Shown here one piece after another: positions 12,442 through 25,995 of a stretch of DNA of 64,000 bases. How positions within the stretch are numbered: position 1 is the first letter of the stretch; each line of letters opens with the position of its first letter. The stretch lies in assembly GCF_009834535.1 (NCBI RefSeq), contig NC_045698.1, positions 12,154,001 through 12,218,000 on the forward strand, in the 5' to 3' direction. The notes under the pieces were generated by a model. The model searched no databases, was not told where the DNA came from, and worked only from the letters and a program-made list of their open reading frames with translations. The stretch is from Camelus ferus. Its lineage: Eukaryota. A program made the translations under genes and the position numbers.

Positions 12442-12952
12442 TATAATTGAATACTATTCAGTCATAAAAAAGAATAAAATAATGCCATTTGCAGCAACAT
12501 GGATGGATGTGAAGATTGTCATTCTAAGTGAAGTAAGCCAGAAAGAGAAAGAAAAATACCACATGATATCACTCATGTGGAATCCAGGAAAAAAAAAGAA
12601 AAAAGACACTAACAAACTTATCTACAAAACAGAACCAGACTCACAGACATAGGAAACAAATCTATGGTTAACAGGGGTAAAGGGGGTGGGAAGGGATAAA
12701 TTGGGAGTTCGAGAATTGCTAATATTAACTACTATATATAAAATACGTTAAAAAAAACCCCCAAATTTCTTCTGTATAGCACAGGGAACTAGATTCAGTA
12801 TCTTGTAGCAACCTATAATGAAAAAGAATATGGAAACAAATGTATGTATGTATATGTATGACTAAAACATGCTGTACACCAGAAATTGACAGACTGTAAC
12901 TGACTATACTCCAATAAATCAAAAACCAATCAACTAACAAACAAAAATAAGG
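12335..12952 (+). mobile_element. 5'-truncated LINE-1 (ORF2 end + 3' UTR + A tail)
   Basis: EYYSVIKKNKIMPFAATWMD...ILSEVSQKEK is the L1 ORF2 C-terminus; AATAAA and A tail; TSD TGTAGGACTCAGA at 12322-12334 and 12953-12965. Confidence 0.92.
12385..12442. repeat. (TG)n microsatellite inside the L1
   Basis: Visible imperfect TG run. Confidence 0.95.
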
Positions 12953-13961
12953 TGTAGGACTCAGATTCAAATCCTCAGTCTTATCTTCCTACAGAACAAG
13001 GGCTCTAAGGAACCCCAAGAGGCAGCCTGGGAAAGGACCCTGCTGTTGACACTTCATTATTTGTCCTTAAAATTAAACACACAGAAGACTTTCCCCCCTG
13101 ATTTCACCCTCCACTTTTCAATGAATCACTTTCTAAAGTCTTTGATGCCAGCTGAGTAAGAAACAATATGTCACTCTCAGGTCTCATGACTTCAGAGGTT
13201 AATGTGCTCTCTCAAAGCTGATTTTTTTAACCTGTTTTCTAAATAGGTACAGTTGCTCAGTTTGAGTGGAGTGGGGTATGTGCTATCCCCACGCAAATTT
13301 TATGCTCACTATCTGGTTACCGAAGAAAACCAGCTGCCCCGAAATTCTCAGTATTTTCTGAAAACCTTACTGAATTTTTAATAAAAATAACAGGCACTCC
13401 ATAGTTCAATGCTTTGGTTGTAGAAGGTGGCAGGAAAAGGGGGTGGGTTGGATTCAGACACCAGCTCTGCTCCTCTGATGGGTACAGAGAGGTTGGTCTA
13501 TCCAACTCAGGCGGACGACAAATGACTCACTTCACAGCGCAGCTCTAGACTGGCTGGCTGCTCCCAGTCCAGCCATCTATCTGTTGGCCACAGTGGGGCG
13601 TGGGGAAGAACTGAAAAGTGGTAGTTGACCCACAAGAAGATGCTCAACCCACGCTCAATATCCCCGCCACAATTCCAGCCAATCAGCACTTTCAAGGGCT
13701 CATTCTGTGTCCAACTAGCCCCTTACAAACACGAGCAGAATGTCTGCGTTAACCACAAAAAAGTGCATTTTCACAGATACAGTCTCACTTCCCCAGCTTC
13801 CTCATAATTCAAGCCGCAGAAGTGAGAGAGGAGGACTCACTGAACACCTACTCCCTTCTCCTGCTTCCAAGCACTTGCCCCCGACTGCGTGCACGCGAGG
13901 ACAGAAAGGCTGGGGCAGCCCCGAGCCCCGCCAGCACCCCGACCAGGGCTCGTGGACGTAC

Positions 13962-14205
13962 TTGGCCGCCCGGACCTCCACGGTGCCCTTGAGCTTCTCC
14001 TCGCTGTCGTTCTCGAAGTACATCAGCTTGGCCTGGCGGAGGACGAACCAGCGCTTCTTCCAGTTCCTCCGCGACAGTGTGGAGGAGCCGCCACCCTTCT
14101 TGTGCAGCCAGCCTTGCTTGAGGGCCTCCTGCTTGGAGCGGAACCACAGGAAGGTTTCGTCCTTGAGGACACACCAGCGGCGTTTCCAGGAGTTCATCAG
14201 GCCAC
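13962..14205 (-). CDS. MYO10: Myosin-X coding exon (~exon 27), PH1-N and PH2
   Basis: WKRRWCVLK and KQGWLHKKGGG...NWKKRWFVL PH motifs; CAG acceptor, GTACGT donor; 244 nt = 2+80 codons+2. Confidence 0.97.
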
Positions 14206-17200
14206 CTGCTCCCAGAGTTGGGCAGGGAGGGGTTTAAGAAAAGCCCGTCAAATTGGATGATACCAGTGGGAGGTGTCAAGATGGAGCCCATCCTCAACTT
14301 TGCCCCAACCGACCCGCCCTCAGACGCCCCCTAGTGACGGATGACGGCCCTGCTGGCTTACGTTCAGGAAGCGCTGGGCAGGGATCACACTGGCTTGGTT
14401 GGATTATCCAAGAACCCTTATTTCCAAAGCAACCTCTACTCACTTAGCTGAAAGCAGAAAGACCAATAATGGGCTGATACTCTAGCCCCGGGATGAGGCA
14501 AGGCGGAGGTGGGGGGAGGCGGGGGGCGGGGAGGCAGGGGTCGAACCATTTCCACGTGTATAGATCATGCTTATGTTCAAACACCTCCGGGAGGGAAAAT
14601 TTAAAATGGTGTCAACGTTTACATATTCCTTCCTTGTTTACTCAAGGCGAGGAATAAAATTTATCAGTGGATTCCAGAGTTTAGCAATAAATGTTAACTT
14701 ACAGAGGAAAACAAAATGTGACTTTTTCCCCAATAAAAACCTTTTCAAAGAAAAGCATCATCATCTGAAAATGGTTTATATATATAAGGTATAAAATTTA
14801 GAATATGGAACAAAGTAAGAGTCCAAACCAAACTGGCACAGGACCTTAAAAAAGGAGAATTTAACTAATTTATGTAGTGGAAAACTTTGGTCAAGAGGAA
14901 GGTATATAGATGTTATTTATTACAACATAAAAAATATTTCTAATACTCTTCCAGCAGGATAATTTTACTTTAGTATTCTAGATTCCCCAAGAACACTCAA
15001 GAGTAACATCTTACCACCATCACTCAAAAATCTGTTTTAACGAATCCACTGAAAAACACTGCCATCTCTGTCCACAAGTTATTCTTTTGATCAGCCAGTA
15101 ATAAAAATAAAGGACATTCAAACGTGGATATCAAAAGTGAGTATAAAGAAAATGCTTTCCTTTGACAGAATAGAAATAAAGGTAAAACAGACCTTCTCAG
15201 ATTAGTTTTTTCAATGATGGCTTCAATGATTATAGATCTACACTTCACATGGGAACAAAAGAAGCCTGCACTGCAAGGCGCACTTGCTTCATTGACTTAA
15301 GCTGACTCCTACCCTTTCTTGTATCTACAGCGCTTCCTGCTCACCTAGCGGAGAGGTCTTTGTGGTCACGCCAAGCGCCAGAGCTATTTCCTAGCAAACA
15401 GCAAACTTTGCCAGGGACTACCGGCATGAGACTTATTTTTCCCCTTTTTGATTTGTGGCTTTAATCTAGGCTACTCAGAGCAAGCCAAGAGGAAACCGTA
15501 GTACAAAGTTATCCTATTAGCTTATTGCCTTTAAATGATAAAGGTTATTCACAGCTGTTTCAAAGACACAGGTTACAACAGGCATCACCACCGCCCTCAC
15601 TAGTAGTAGAGTATGATTGATGGGACGCACTCCCAGCCCTCCCTCCCCAATTCCACGTGCTCTCTTCATATTTCACCTAGGGAATTTCATCAGTGCTATT
15701 AATTTCCGGATTGTAAACACCTTTAGTAGGCTATCTGGCTGGTGCAAACTCATTCATGCTCATTAAATGTAATCTGGTGGTTAGATTTTCCTCCTCATTG
15801 GTTTCTCTGAAACTTTTTGTCACAACTTTAAGGCTTTATTCAACATTAAATGATAATGTATGAAAGATTAAACAGTGATGCATTTACACAATCACTTGTT
15901 TAATCAAGAGATGAATTTACCGAGAATTTACTTACTTACCTTCTTAAGCTTTTAATGTTTTAATCTTGAGATTTTAATGTTTTGAATCTACCTTTACTTT
16001 TTCCTAATTTTACTTGTTCTAATCAATTATGTAATAAATGAATGCCATACATTATAAATAAGAGTGATTTACAGGGAATTTTTAAGCTGACTTAGGGAAC
16101 TAGATTAGTTAGGGGGAGAGGAAAATACATGAGTAATAAAAAGCTTACATTTATTCTGAGAAATGCATGAGAAAATCTTAAAGTGCTATGATTAGATACT
16201 TATTGGATTATTAGGTTCTGATTTGTGATTACATTTTTTCCTTCATCCAATGAACAATTATTTGGTTAGAATTTCTCAATCTTTTTCATTTCAGTGCTCC
16301 TATAAGAATTTCCATCAACCAGTGACTTTGGCCAGTAGGAAGATCTCCCCTAAAACAAACCTGGAGAGGTTTCCATGAGCACCTTGGGGATGTGAGGCTG
16401 AGAACAGCAGAACTTTGAAAAGCAAATGACTGATGTTGGACAAAAACATAAGATGAAGAACAAAAAAATATTAACGACAAAAGAGATATGAAAAAAGACA
16501 AACATGCCAACAGAAAAGAGAAGCAGAGGGAAAGGAAACAGAATAAAAAGGTTTTTGTGGGGGAAGAAGGAGAAAAAGAGAAGGGAATGAAGAAAGAGGG
16601 CAGTAGAAAAGAAAGTGAAGAAAGGGGTTGGAAAAAACATTAATGACTTGAACCCTCGGGAGATGAAGGCTCCTGTTACCTCTGCCCCATCCCCAGGACT
16701 TGGACTCTCTCCCCTCATGCAGTCTAGGGCCGGGTGAGATATCAGGTGAGCCCCTCTTTCAATGACCCACGTAAAACTCCTACCAAAAACAGGTGATGAG
16801 TATGGTTTCTCATGACCCTTGTCACTGACTTGGAAGTCAGGGTCAAAAACATGCATAAGGCTAAATACAAGGTCCTTAGGTACTTTTCCAGAAGGAGTGT
16901 CCCCAGGTATTAAAGTTCAATTCAGCATATTCGAAGTTGAACAGCAATGAAAAAATACAATTAAGATTCTCATCACGAGCGTGGGATGGACAGTAGGTGT
17001 GTAGGTAGTTTAAGCTAGGTGTGGCGGCCTCTCAGATCTCTACTTTTTCCTTGTGTCTAAGATATCCCTCTGTGTTCTCTAGGACTCCTGTGGAGGGGAA
17101 AATGCAGCTTTAGCATCATAATGGGTTGCATCAACTCCAGCAACAACACGTGTGTGTTTGCACGTGTGCGTGAGAGAGAGAGAGGAAAAGATGTAGGAAG

Positions 17201-17493
17201 GAAGGAAAAAGAGCACAGACGTGAGGGATAACAGAGAGAGGGGGCTGCAAATGGTGACAGTGGGTGCAGACCCTTTGTCCTGACACCACACCAAGTGAGG
17301 AGAGTCAAGGCCAGGCCCTGCATGATCCAGTCGGGTGGTCCACGTCCCACCACCATGGCATCCTCCATCCACCTAGCGTGACCTCACACCAGGGAAGGGG
17401 CACGTATCATGACTTTCCCAGTCCTCCTCCATCAGCCTCAGCTTCCCATCCCTCTACCCCTGCCCCCAGTGCAGAGGTGGCTGCAGGTCATAC

Positions 17494-17617
17494 CTTTCAT
17501 GTACAGGAAGCTGTGGAAGTAAGGCAGTGTGACACAGCTGTACACAGAGTCCCGCCGGTAGGACAGTTCATCGTCCGTATCAAACCGAGAGTCGAAGTCC
17601 TCTTCACTATCTTCAAA
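17494..17617 (-). CDS. MYO10: Myosin-X coding exon (~exon 26): FEDSEEDFDSRFDTDDELSYRRDSVYSCVTLPYFHSFLYMK(G)
   Basis: CAG acceptor, GTATGA donor; 124 nt = 41 codons+1; start of the split PH1 domain. Confidence 0.96.
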
Positions 17618-18460
17618 CTGCACCAGAAGGAGGGCGCGTGCCAACCGTAAGCAAAAAGGACAGAAAACAAGCAATGAAAATGCCCAGCACAGATCAACAT
17701 TGAAAAAAAAAAAAAAAGACAAAGAAGCAACAGGCCAATTCATGACATTACAATGGAGTGTGATCATCAGAAGAATTCAGAATTACAAAGTACTGATTTT
17801 CAATGCTGAATGGTCAGTTGACTCGATACGTAAGAGACATGCTTTAATCCTAAGACTCTGTAATCTAAGAACAACACTGCTGTTTAAGTGTACAATTTTA
17901 ATCAAACCACGCAAGAGTTAATTAATTCCCTTTCAGTGAACTACGCTAGAAATATCTCGAGTCTTAGGAAGTTGAGTATTTAATGCATGGTCAACGGGAA
18001 GAAATAAAAGTAAACTATAAATAAATCCAGAAGCTGAAAAGAGCCCGTGGAAGCCCTTATAGGTTCCTCCCTTATAAGCAGAACAAGATGCAGCGTCCTG
18101 CAGTGGGACAGTGAAGCTACTGTCAGGAAAGTTCTCCAAAGTGCCCCTGGCGGGTCTCATTTCTCAACATGCTGCAAAGCCAGAACAGACACAAAGTCTC
18201 CACTGAAAATGCCAGTTTTCTTAGGCTTTGGGCAAAATGCAGCTCAGCCTACAACAGGCACCAAGTTCCATTTACTAATGTGAATGCTTTTGGCAAGAGA
18301 AAGGGGCTTAAGACCATCTCTAAGAGCCTGACTTTGGAATCCTGGCCTGTTCTACCGGGGCTGTCTTCATCCAAAGGATTGTGCAACAGGGGAGGGATGA
18401 CAGATGACTTCCACCCCAGCATGGGGGAGCCCAGGCCCCAGGAGGTTGGAGGGTACTCAC

Positions 18461-19309
18461 CGAGGACTGGGCTCCCTCGGAGCTGAACCGGTAGGCCCCC
18501 GAGCTGTTGTAGGTGCCCACGGAGCATCGGTAGTCTGGGGACCACTGGCTGCCATAGGAGTTGGAGAAGGTCACGCTGCTGCCGGAGGTGATGGCCCCGT
18601 CTTCGTAGTCGTCCTGGTCGTAGTCGTAGTCGCCGTCTGGGGCAGGCAGGCCCCCGGGGTTCTGGGGCATGCAGTAGGTGGGCTCCCCGCCAGAGGAGCC
18701 GTGCTCCGAGGGGGCCAGCAGCACGGTGCTGTCGGCGCTGGGGCTGGTGGGCACCACGGTGTCGTTCATGTAGGGGTCCTCCTCCGAGGACTCGTCACTG
18801 GTCCGGATGCCACTCGTGCGCTGGTCCGAGTGGCCGTGCTCGCTGGGGTTGGGCGAGTCCTTGAAGGCGTCGTCGTCAGCCTCGAAGCCCTCGTCCACCT
18901 CCTCCTCGGGGTAGGGCTGGCTGAAGTTGAAGCTGGGCTTCCCCCCGACCGCGCCCTCGGCCGCCGCCCCGCCGCCCACCGACAGCGAGCGCTCGATGTC
19001 GCGCACGCACTCGTCGATCTCGTCGAAGTTGAGCGACTCCAGGAACTCCTGAGCCGCGCGGCAGGCCTCGTCCTCCAGCCTCCGGAGCTCCTCGTCCCGC
19101 AGCTGCTGCAGCTTCTGCAGTGAGGCCTCGGTCAGGGACAGCTCCTGCCGCTCCTTCATGCGCTGCAGGTCCTCGATCTCCTTCTCCAGGCGCAGGATCT
19201 CTTCCACCTGCTTGTTCTCCTTCTGCTTCTCCAGCTCGCGGCTCAGCTCGGCCTCCCTCCGACTCTCCTGCAAGGCCTCCTGTTCTCGCCGCCTCCTCGC
19301 TGCCTCCTC
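18461..19309 (-). CDS. MYO10: Myosin-X large coding exon (~exon 25): SAH end, antiparallel coiled coil, PEST region
   Basis: ENKQVEEILRLEKEIEDLQRMK and PEST-rich sequence in ORF 18320..19273; CAG acceptor, GTGAGT donor; 849 nt = 283 codons. Confidence 0.97.
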
Positions 19310-19619
19310 CTGGACGGAGAGGAAGGGCGAGGTCAGGAGGCGTCAGGACTGGGAGCAGAGGCAGCACCCCTCCTTTGTGATGTGATGTGGCCGTTCAGGG
19401 CCGAACTGCATTCCTCCCTCCCCTAGACTGATATGTGGGAGCCCCAACCCCCAGCACCCAGAATATGGCCGGATCTGGAGACAGGGCTCTCATAAGGTTG
19501 GTTAAGTTCCATGAGGCCCTGAGGTAGGGCTCCGACCCAATGTGACTGGTATCCTGTTAAACGAGGGGCCTGAGACACACACACAAGGACACCGGGGAAG
19601 CACGTGCACAGACGCGAGA

Positions 19620-19790
19620 CCACATGAGGACACAGCAAGGATCTCAGGCTGAGCAGAGAGGCTCAGAAGACACCAACCCTGCCAACACTGATCTCAGACT
19701 TCCAGCCTGCAGAGCTGTGAGACAATTGCTATTGCTTAATTCACCCGGGCTGCGGTCCTGTGTTACAGCAGCCCAGGCAAACCAACACAC
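19620..19790 (+). mobile_element. MLT1 LTR 3' fragment
   Basis: CAGACTTCCAGCCTGCAGAGCTGTGAGA...GTTACAGCAGCCC motif. Confidence 0.7.
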
Positions 19791-20034
19791 TGGTTATGCT
19801 GGCTTAGAGAAATCACGCCCTCACGGTTCACACTGAACTCTCAGGCATCCACACATTTTTACCCAATTGTAATGGGTTAGAAATTGCAGCATAAACATCT
19901 CTAAAATTCTTCTTCCTGCATCTTTATTTTAGTTTTGAATCCTTCTTCCTATATCTTTTTTTTAGTTTTGAATCCTGAGTCAGAGTGTTTGGAGTGGGAA
20001 GGTAACAGACAGACAGGATCACAGTAATTGTCAC

Positions 20035-20080
20035 CTGTTGGGCGCGGAGCTCAGCTTCAATTCGTGCCCTCTCTCTTTCT
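20035..20080 (-). CDS. MYO10: Myosin-X small coding exon (~exon 24), SAH: (R)ERERARIEAELRAQQ
   Basis: TAG acceptor 20081-83, CAG|GTGACA donor; 46 nt = 1+15 codons; bridges the phases of the flanking exons. Confidence 0.92.
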
Positions 20081-20450
20081 CTAAAAATGGTCAAGAAAAA
20101 AAGACAGTGAAAATAAACGAAAGTAATGAAAAAAAATCCTAGAACAACTTTTCAGAGAGCTAACTTTTTAACAAAATACAACTTTTAACAAAAGACAACT
20201 TAAAAAGCATTAAGGACAGCTGGAGTCTCTTCCTTCAGCAATTTACTTATTCTGGGCATAAAGATATACACAGAACTGGGTTTTCAGCACTGCCAAGGAA
20301 TTTTATCTGAGCCCCCAAGAGTTACTGTTTCAAACGGCAGGGTCTGCAGCATTCACTGGGAATTCCGGCTGCATGGCTGGTCGGGTACTGAGCGTGAAAC
20401 TCCAAAGGCGTCCTCCTGTCTGTTTCATCCAAGTAAGAAAGCTACCATAC

Positions 20451-20684
20451 CTTTCCTCCTCCTCGCGCTTCCTCTGCTCCTCCTCCTCCTGTTTTCTCTT
20501 TTCCTCCTCCGCCCGTTTCTCTGCCAGCAGCTGTCTGTAAACTCTGCGGGCGATCTGACCTCGGAGTCGCTTCTGGAAAACCACAGCCGCTTTTTTCAGG
20601 TGTAAAAATCTCCTCCTCAGAAGGAACGCCCTGTAATTCTTCTGTATTATCACCACACAGTAAAGGACCTTCCTGTATTGCTTT
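20451..20684 (-). CDS. MYO10: Myosin-X coding exon (~exon 23), IQ2, IQ3 and start of single alpha-helix (SAH)
   Basis: IQKNYRAFLLRR and FQKRLRGQIARR IQ motifs, then an E/K/R-rich run; CAG acceptor, GTATGG donor; 234 nt = 1+77 codons+2. Confidence 0.96.
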
Positions 20685-21546
20685 CTGAGAATGAGAACAG
20701 AAACAGCGCAACAGAATAACTGTGGGGGTAACGACGCTTCCTTTGAGCTCCCCAAATGAGTTTACGTTAACGCTACAAGACGAGAACAGGACCTCGTTTG
20801 GGACTGAAACGCTCATTACAGAGACTCATTACAGCGAGCCCACAAGGAGGTCCTCTTGGGCAAAACAAAACAGAAGAAAAACAAAAGGGTAACAACAACA
20901 AAACTAAAGCAAGACCCTATCATCATGTTGGCGAAATAAACACATCACCCCTAACGCTGACTTTGAAAAGTCTTGGCAGGAAGTTGGGCTGTAAACAGAA
21001 CCAAGAGATTTGATATCTTCTCCTGTTTCTGAGGAGGACAAAAGAAAACGATTCGCCACAGCAGAACGGCTTTGTACTTGAGAAAATGTAACGTCCTGTA
21101 ACATGTAGGGGTTTGGGATGGGGGGCCCGCTGGTCCGCAGAGGTGGACAGAACTCACACGCACAGGAAAAGAGGCTGCCTCATTCAGCAAACGCTGGACA
21201 GGGGACCGCTGTGGACCCAGTGGGACCACGCCAAAGTCAACGGGCGAGCTGCCTGTGGCTTCAATATACGACCAAGGGGAACGAGGTCAACAATTTATGT
21301 ATCCTGGTCCAGTCCCGATGTCGCTGCTCTAACTGGGTCACAAGGAGCCCCCTTTCCTACTTTCCGGCCAGGTCAAGCTAACCAGGCACTGGCAACGCTA
21401 ATCAGGAGCACTGACCTGGGACTCTCCCTAGCTGGCTCCTGACCCTAGCCCATCCAGGTCCATTTTAAAGGGAAGCAAATGGCCGGGTGCCACCCCACCC
21501 GGTGACACACACTGGGGAAGCCGCCTTCCCTCTGCAGGCTTCTTAC

Positions 21547-21653
21547 CGTGCCAAGTAGCCCAGGACGTGGGCCCGGATCACCATGGCTGCCCGCATAACC
21601 TCCTCTTCCCGCCGCTTCTCCAGTCTCTGCTCCAAGGATTCTCGAAGAAAGAC
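21547..21653 (-). CDS. MYO10: Myosin-X coding exon (~exon 22), end of converter and IQ1: VFLRESLEQRLEKRREEEVMRAAMVIRAHVLGYLA(R)
   Basis: Continues GKTK|VFLR; CAG acceptor, GTAAG donor; 107 nt = 35 codons+2. Confidence 0.95.
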
Positions 21654-24600
21654 CTGCCCAGGAGGAAGTGACATGTCACAACCAAAGGACATGGCTGGTA
21701 CAGGGATGTCTTCTCTGAGTCAGAGATCCCCGCTTGGGGATAAGGCTTTTTTCTCTCTCCAATTTGCTCCAAACACACTGGGCCATGCTGTCCAGCACAG
21801 GGAATCTCAAATGGCAAAAGGATGTTTTCTTTTTGAACTTCCCATCTATCATCGACTAAGACCTTTGTAAAATATAGTAAAAATACATTATTGAAAGAAA
21901 AAACCCAAAAGGATATATAAAATAAAAGTTCCATTTTTTTCCAGTTATTATTAGTTCAACAGGCATAAAATGTGAAACTGCTGGCAAAGTTTATAAACAC
22001 TTATCTCATTATGGGTCAGCACAAATAGTTCATTAAGTCTAAGTAACAAGACATATCCTCTCTATATTGGGGGGAAAAAAGAGGAAAAGAAAGGGAGAGA
22101 AGGGAAAAAAAAATCCAAGACATTTGTAAAATGTTACTTTGCCATCACATGGAAACTCTCCCTTCATGCTTGTAAAGTGATTATGATCAAAGCATTTTGG
22201 CCTCAAAAATAATGCACATTAAAAAACTGACATTAAGAATGTGATTCTATAAACTGAAATTAGAACTGATTCATTTAAGCTACGTCTTAGTTCAGCTACT
22301 GCAAGAAAACTGGAATTGGGACTAAACAGATTGTAGCTATTTGCTGGCTGGTTTCTGGCATGGGTACTTCAGTCCTATGTTTGTCACTTGTATAAGGTAA
22401 GTGTGTCTGGTAACTGGCACTTTGTATCAGAACTCCTAATATTTGAAAAGGTATGAAAATATTGAGACCCTCCCTCAATCATGGTGGCTTTCAATTTTGC
22501 AACTGGCAATGTGATGCCTGCATAACTTTGAATTAGTCCTTACAAAAAAAAAAAAAAAAAAAACTAGTTTCAAATATTTTTATGCTTTTTCTATTAATGG
22601 TCAGTTGGAGGCACTAGCAGGGGGTTAAATGAAACACTCCGTCACTCATGATTTCTTGATTTATGGCTCCTGTGAGTCATTCTGGCCTATGATGATGCAT
22701 TATGTCCTCTTGAGGGCACATTTTTCCAGACTCTCTGCTCTGTGTCTTGGGTAAAAAAGCAAATAAAGAATCCTAGCACCATGTGACTTGCAGAAGCCTT
22801 ACCTACTCCTCCTTTGGGTCCCTGAGCACTTACTAAAATCTCCCACAAATAATTCTCCTGGAAAAACTTTTCATACAATGCCCTTTCTATAACTGCAATT
22901 AATATGCTCTGTTGATACATAAAGACACTGCATCTTTAGCAAAAAAAAGAAAAAAGAAAAAAAAATTTAATGTAAAACACAGAAGCTACAAGTGTAAAAG
23001 CTTGTTTGTCCAAGAATGATAAAAAGTTTTCAGAAATATGAATCTCTACCAAAACCATGGAGCAGAAGCAATTTTCATCAAGACTGGACTTCAAAGAAGT
23101 ATTTAAACTTCTCCTTGAGATGATTTTTTTGGTATTAAGGATCTTACTCTAATGCTTTTTTGCTCTGGTTAGTGTTTAAAAGAAAAAGTAATGAAGTCAA
23201 ATCTGGAACAAGAGTAGTGATGGCGGTGACAACACGAAACCAAGGTGTCGATTCTAATCAAAGTCTAAAGATGGTCTTGGTTGGACAGAATCAGAGAAAT
23301 ACCTGCTTTAGTTTTCATGTCCTTTAGATTACACTGTATAAGAGGCTCTCTGCTCTGCTGTTATTAGATTTACTTCCGCTACTTTATGTAGATTCTCTTT
23401 CCATAACCAGAAGGGCAGACCAATGGAGCAAAATGCTTCAGAGACCTGACTTGGCTCCATTAAAAACATCCACCGGAATTTATGCAGTGACACAGGGGAA
23501 GTGATGCCAGTTCTCCCAGCTCACTGGTGTCCCTTGCCATGCCCCCAGTGTTCCCAGGATGCAGCCAAGGTTGAGTCAGTGTGATCCAGCTGCTGTGAGT
23601 GGAGGGGCCGCCCTCGTCGGGCACCACCAAGCAGCTTAGGAAAGGGCTGTGCCCACTCGGGGCTGCTCTACGGACCTGACTCAATATCCATTATGAACAA
23701 CTTCCTGTGACTTTTTCTCATCCTTTCCTTAGCTCGAGAGCCTATGGAGTATCCTAGTAAGATGCCTTTTTAGAATACCTCTGGCAGGCTTTGCTGCCCT
23801 AGAACTGAGGTCTGGCAGTGCAGTCCAGGTGATGAGAAAAGTGGAATGTGCTGGAGTCAGGAGGCAAGGGACAAAGTTAAAACCAGGAAGAGAGGCGAGC
23901 GGCTGCTCACCTCCGTCACCCTAAACTCAGCTTCTCAGTGGGGAAATTCACCAGGACCTCCCACTAGGGCTGCTCCGGAGGCTCAAACGGGCCTTCTTGC
24001 TTCTTCCAGGGGTGCTTCCTCAGCAGATACGAATCCTTGCCTTCCAAGGACTAGATGTTTTATTTAAGCCAGTGAACTCAGATCTGGCGCCACGTTTAAC
24101 TTGCTGACTACAGTGCTGTCCCCATTCCCCACCTCTCGCCCCGCTATGTGTGATGGAAACCTCTTTACCAGGAGATCCAGACACTCATTAGAGGTTCAAG
24201 GTTTTAAATGCAAAGACCTTCTGGCAGCAACACTGACCGAAACACTGCTAGCGTGTAACAAAGTCAAGTGCTGGTCAAGGTCAAAGCACTTAGCGGACAC
24301 AGTTCAAATGCTCCAATGTTGACATTTACTTTCTGATATTTCTGTGAAATGAAAAGCTTCCCTCCTACTTCTACTTCCAACTTATCAACAGTGAAAATTA
24401 TTTCTTCTTTAAAGAGATTTCTTTTTCTTGAATACTTTTCTGATCATTTCCGATTCACAGTGAGCTCTCTCCTGAGAACCTGTGTCCTTATTCCTTCAAG
24501 AGATTACACTGTATAATTTATCTGGTGTACGGGATATCTTGTCTCCCAGGAACGGAGTAAACTGGGGACAATCCCCAAATGTTTATGTCTCTGTATCCCC

Positions 24601-25289
24601 CTGTGCCACACCCAGTTTCAAGCCTTGCTGGGGCCTGATTTCCATAATGTAAATTGTAAGTAAAGTTGGACTGATCCTTCAGAGCTCAGAAAAGAGACTG
24701 GTTGTTGGCTGGGTGAGTCCTAATGATCTCTGATGTTACTCCACCGTGTAAGGCAGTGAGACAGAAGGAGACTGTCAGTTTACAGAGAATGCAATATCTT
24801 TTCGATTAAAAAAAATCAGAGCAGCCTGTATTATACTGACTAGAACTCCACTTGAGCCAACTTCTTTAGACAGTTTCCCTTGAGTGACTAAACAATGATC
24901 TTGTGCCATCCCCTTACAGTTTTTAGCACTTAGCAGACATTGATTGGGCTCCTACTATGTGCACTGTGTAGAAGACTGAGCTCCTGTGGGCACTTGTGTA
25001 GAAGAACCAACAGTTAACTCCACATGTTCTATGGGGCGATTGCAGACAAGTCACCAGGAGATGCCAAGATGGCAGGACAGAGCGTTAAGTGTTACAATGG
25101 GTGGAAAATAGGAAGATGGAGATGACAGAGGAGGAGGCTTAACCCAGTGTGGGGGTGAGTTTTTGGTGTGGGGTGCAATGCAGAATGTCAAAAAGGATTC
25201 CTGTCACAGTTTACATCTAAGCAGAGACCTGAAGGATGAGTTGGCTAAACCAGGAGCAGGGAGATTCCAGGTTAAGAGGCCTATAAACC

Positions 25290-25836
25290 TGTGAGGACAC
25301 AGCCTGAGGTGACCCCCAGTGGGTTCCACCCTTGTTTAACCTACAAGTGTGGGTTGAACCTGTGAGTTCCTTCTTGCCCACAGATCATGGTAAAGGTGAT
25401 GAGCTGTCACTTCTGTGAATATGTGACATTACACAAGACTCCATCTTAGGAGACTGGAGCTAGAGATTCTCCTGCTGACGTTGCAGAAGTGAACTGCCAT
25501 GTTGTGGGAGGACCCGGGAGGAAGTCATGTGGTAAGGAGTGTAGTGGGGAGTGGTCTCTAGAAGCCGCGAAAGGCAGTCAGCAAGAAAACAGGGACCTCA
25601 GTCCTACAACTACAAAAAACTGGATTCTGGAGCCACACGAGCCTGGAGGAGAAGCCAGAGCTCCAGGAGGGAATGCAGCCCTGGATGACACTGACTGCCA
25701 GCCTCTGGAGACTGTGGGGGACCAGCTAAGCTGTGCCTGGACCCCCGACCCATAGACACTATGAGATAATTAACATGTACCCTTAAGGCTGCAAAGTTCA
25801 TGGTTGTTTGTTACACAGCAATAGATAACTAATACA
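25290..25836 (+). mobile_element. MLT1-family MaLR solo LTR
   Basis: TG...CA ends; 3' TTGTTACACAGCAATAGATAACTAATACA typical of MLT1. Confidence 0.8.
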
Positions 25837-25995
25837 ATAGCTCTGCAAGCCATCTCTACCCTATTAGACATTCATATACCAAATCCCTGGCCAGATGGAA
25901 TCCTTCAAGAGCAGAAAAGTATGTCCATCATATACCCTCTCTTGCTGAGTGGCCCCCAGATGGTGCCTCAATACTTGTCACTGATCACACACCAA

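Noticed and set aside
13740..14297. Several 120-165 aa ORFs on both strands
   Set aside because: Shadows of the PH1/PH2 exon
16350..16856. 168-aa Phe-rich, membrane-protein-like ORF
   Set aside because: Translation of low-complexity purine-rich intron sequence
18404..19123. 239-aa plus-strand ORF and other overlapping ORFs
   Set aside because: Antisense or alternate-frame shadows of the GC3-rich MYO10 exon; no independent gene signals
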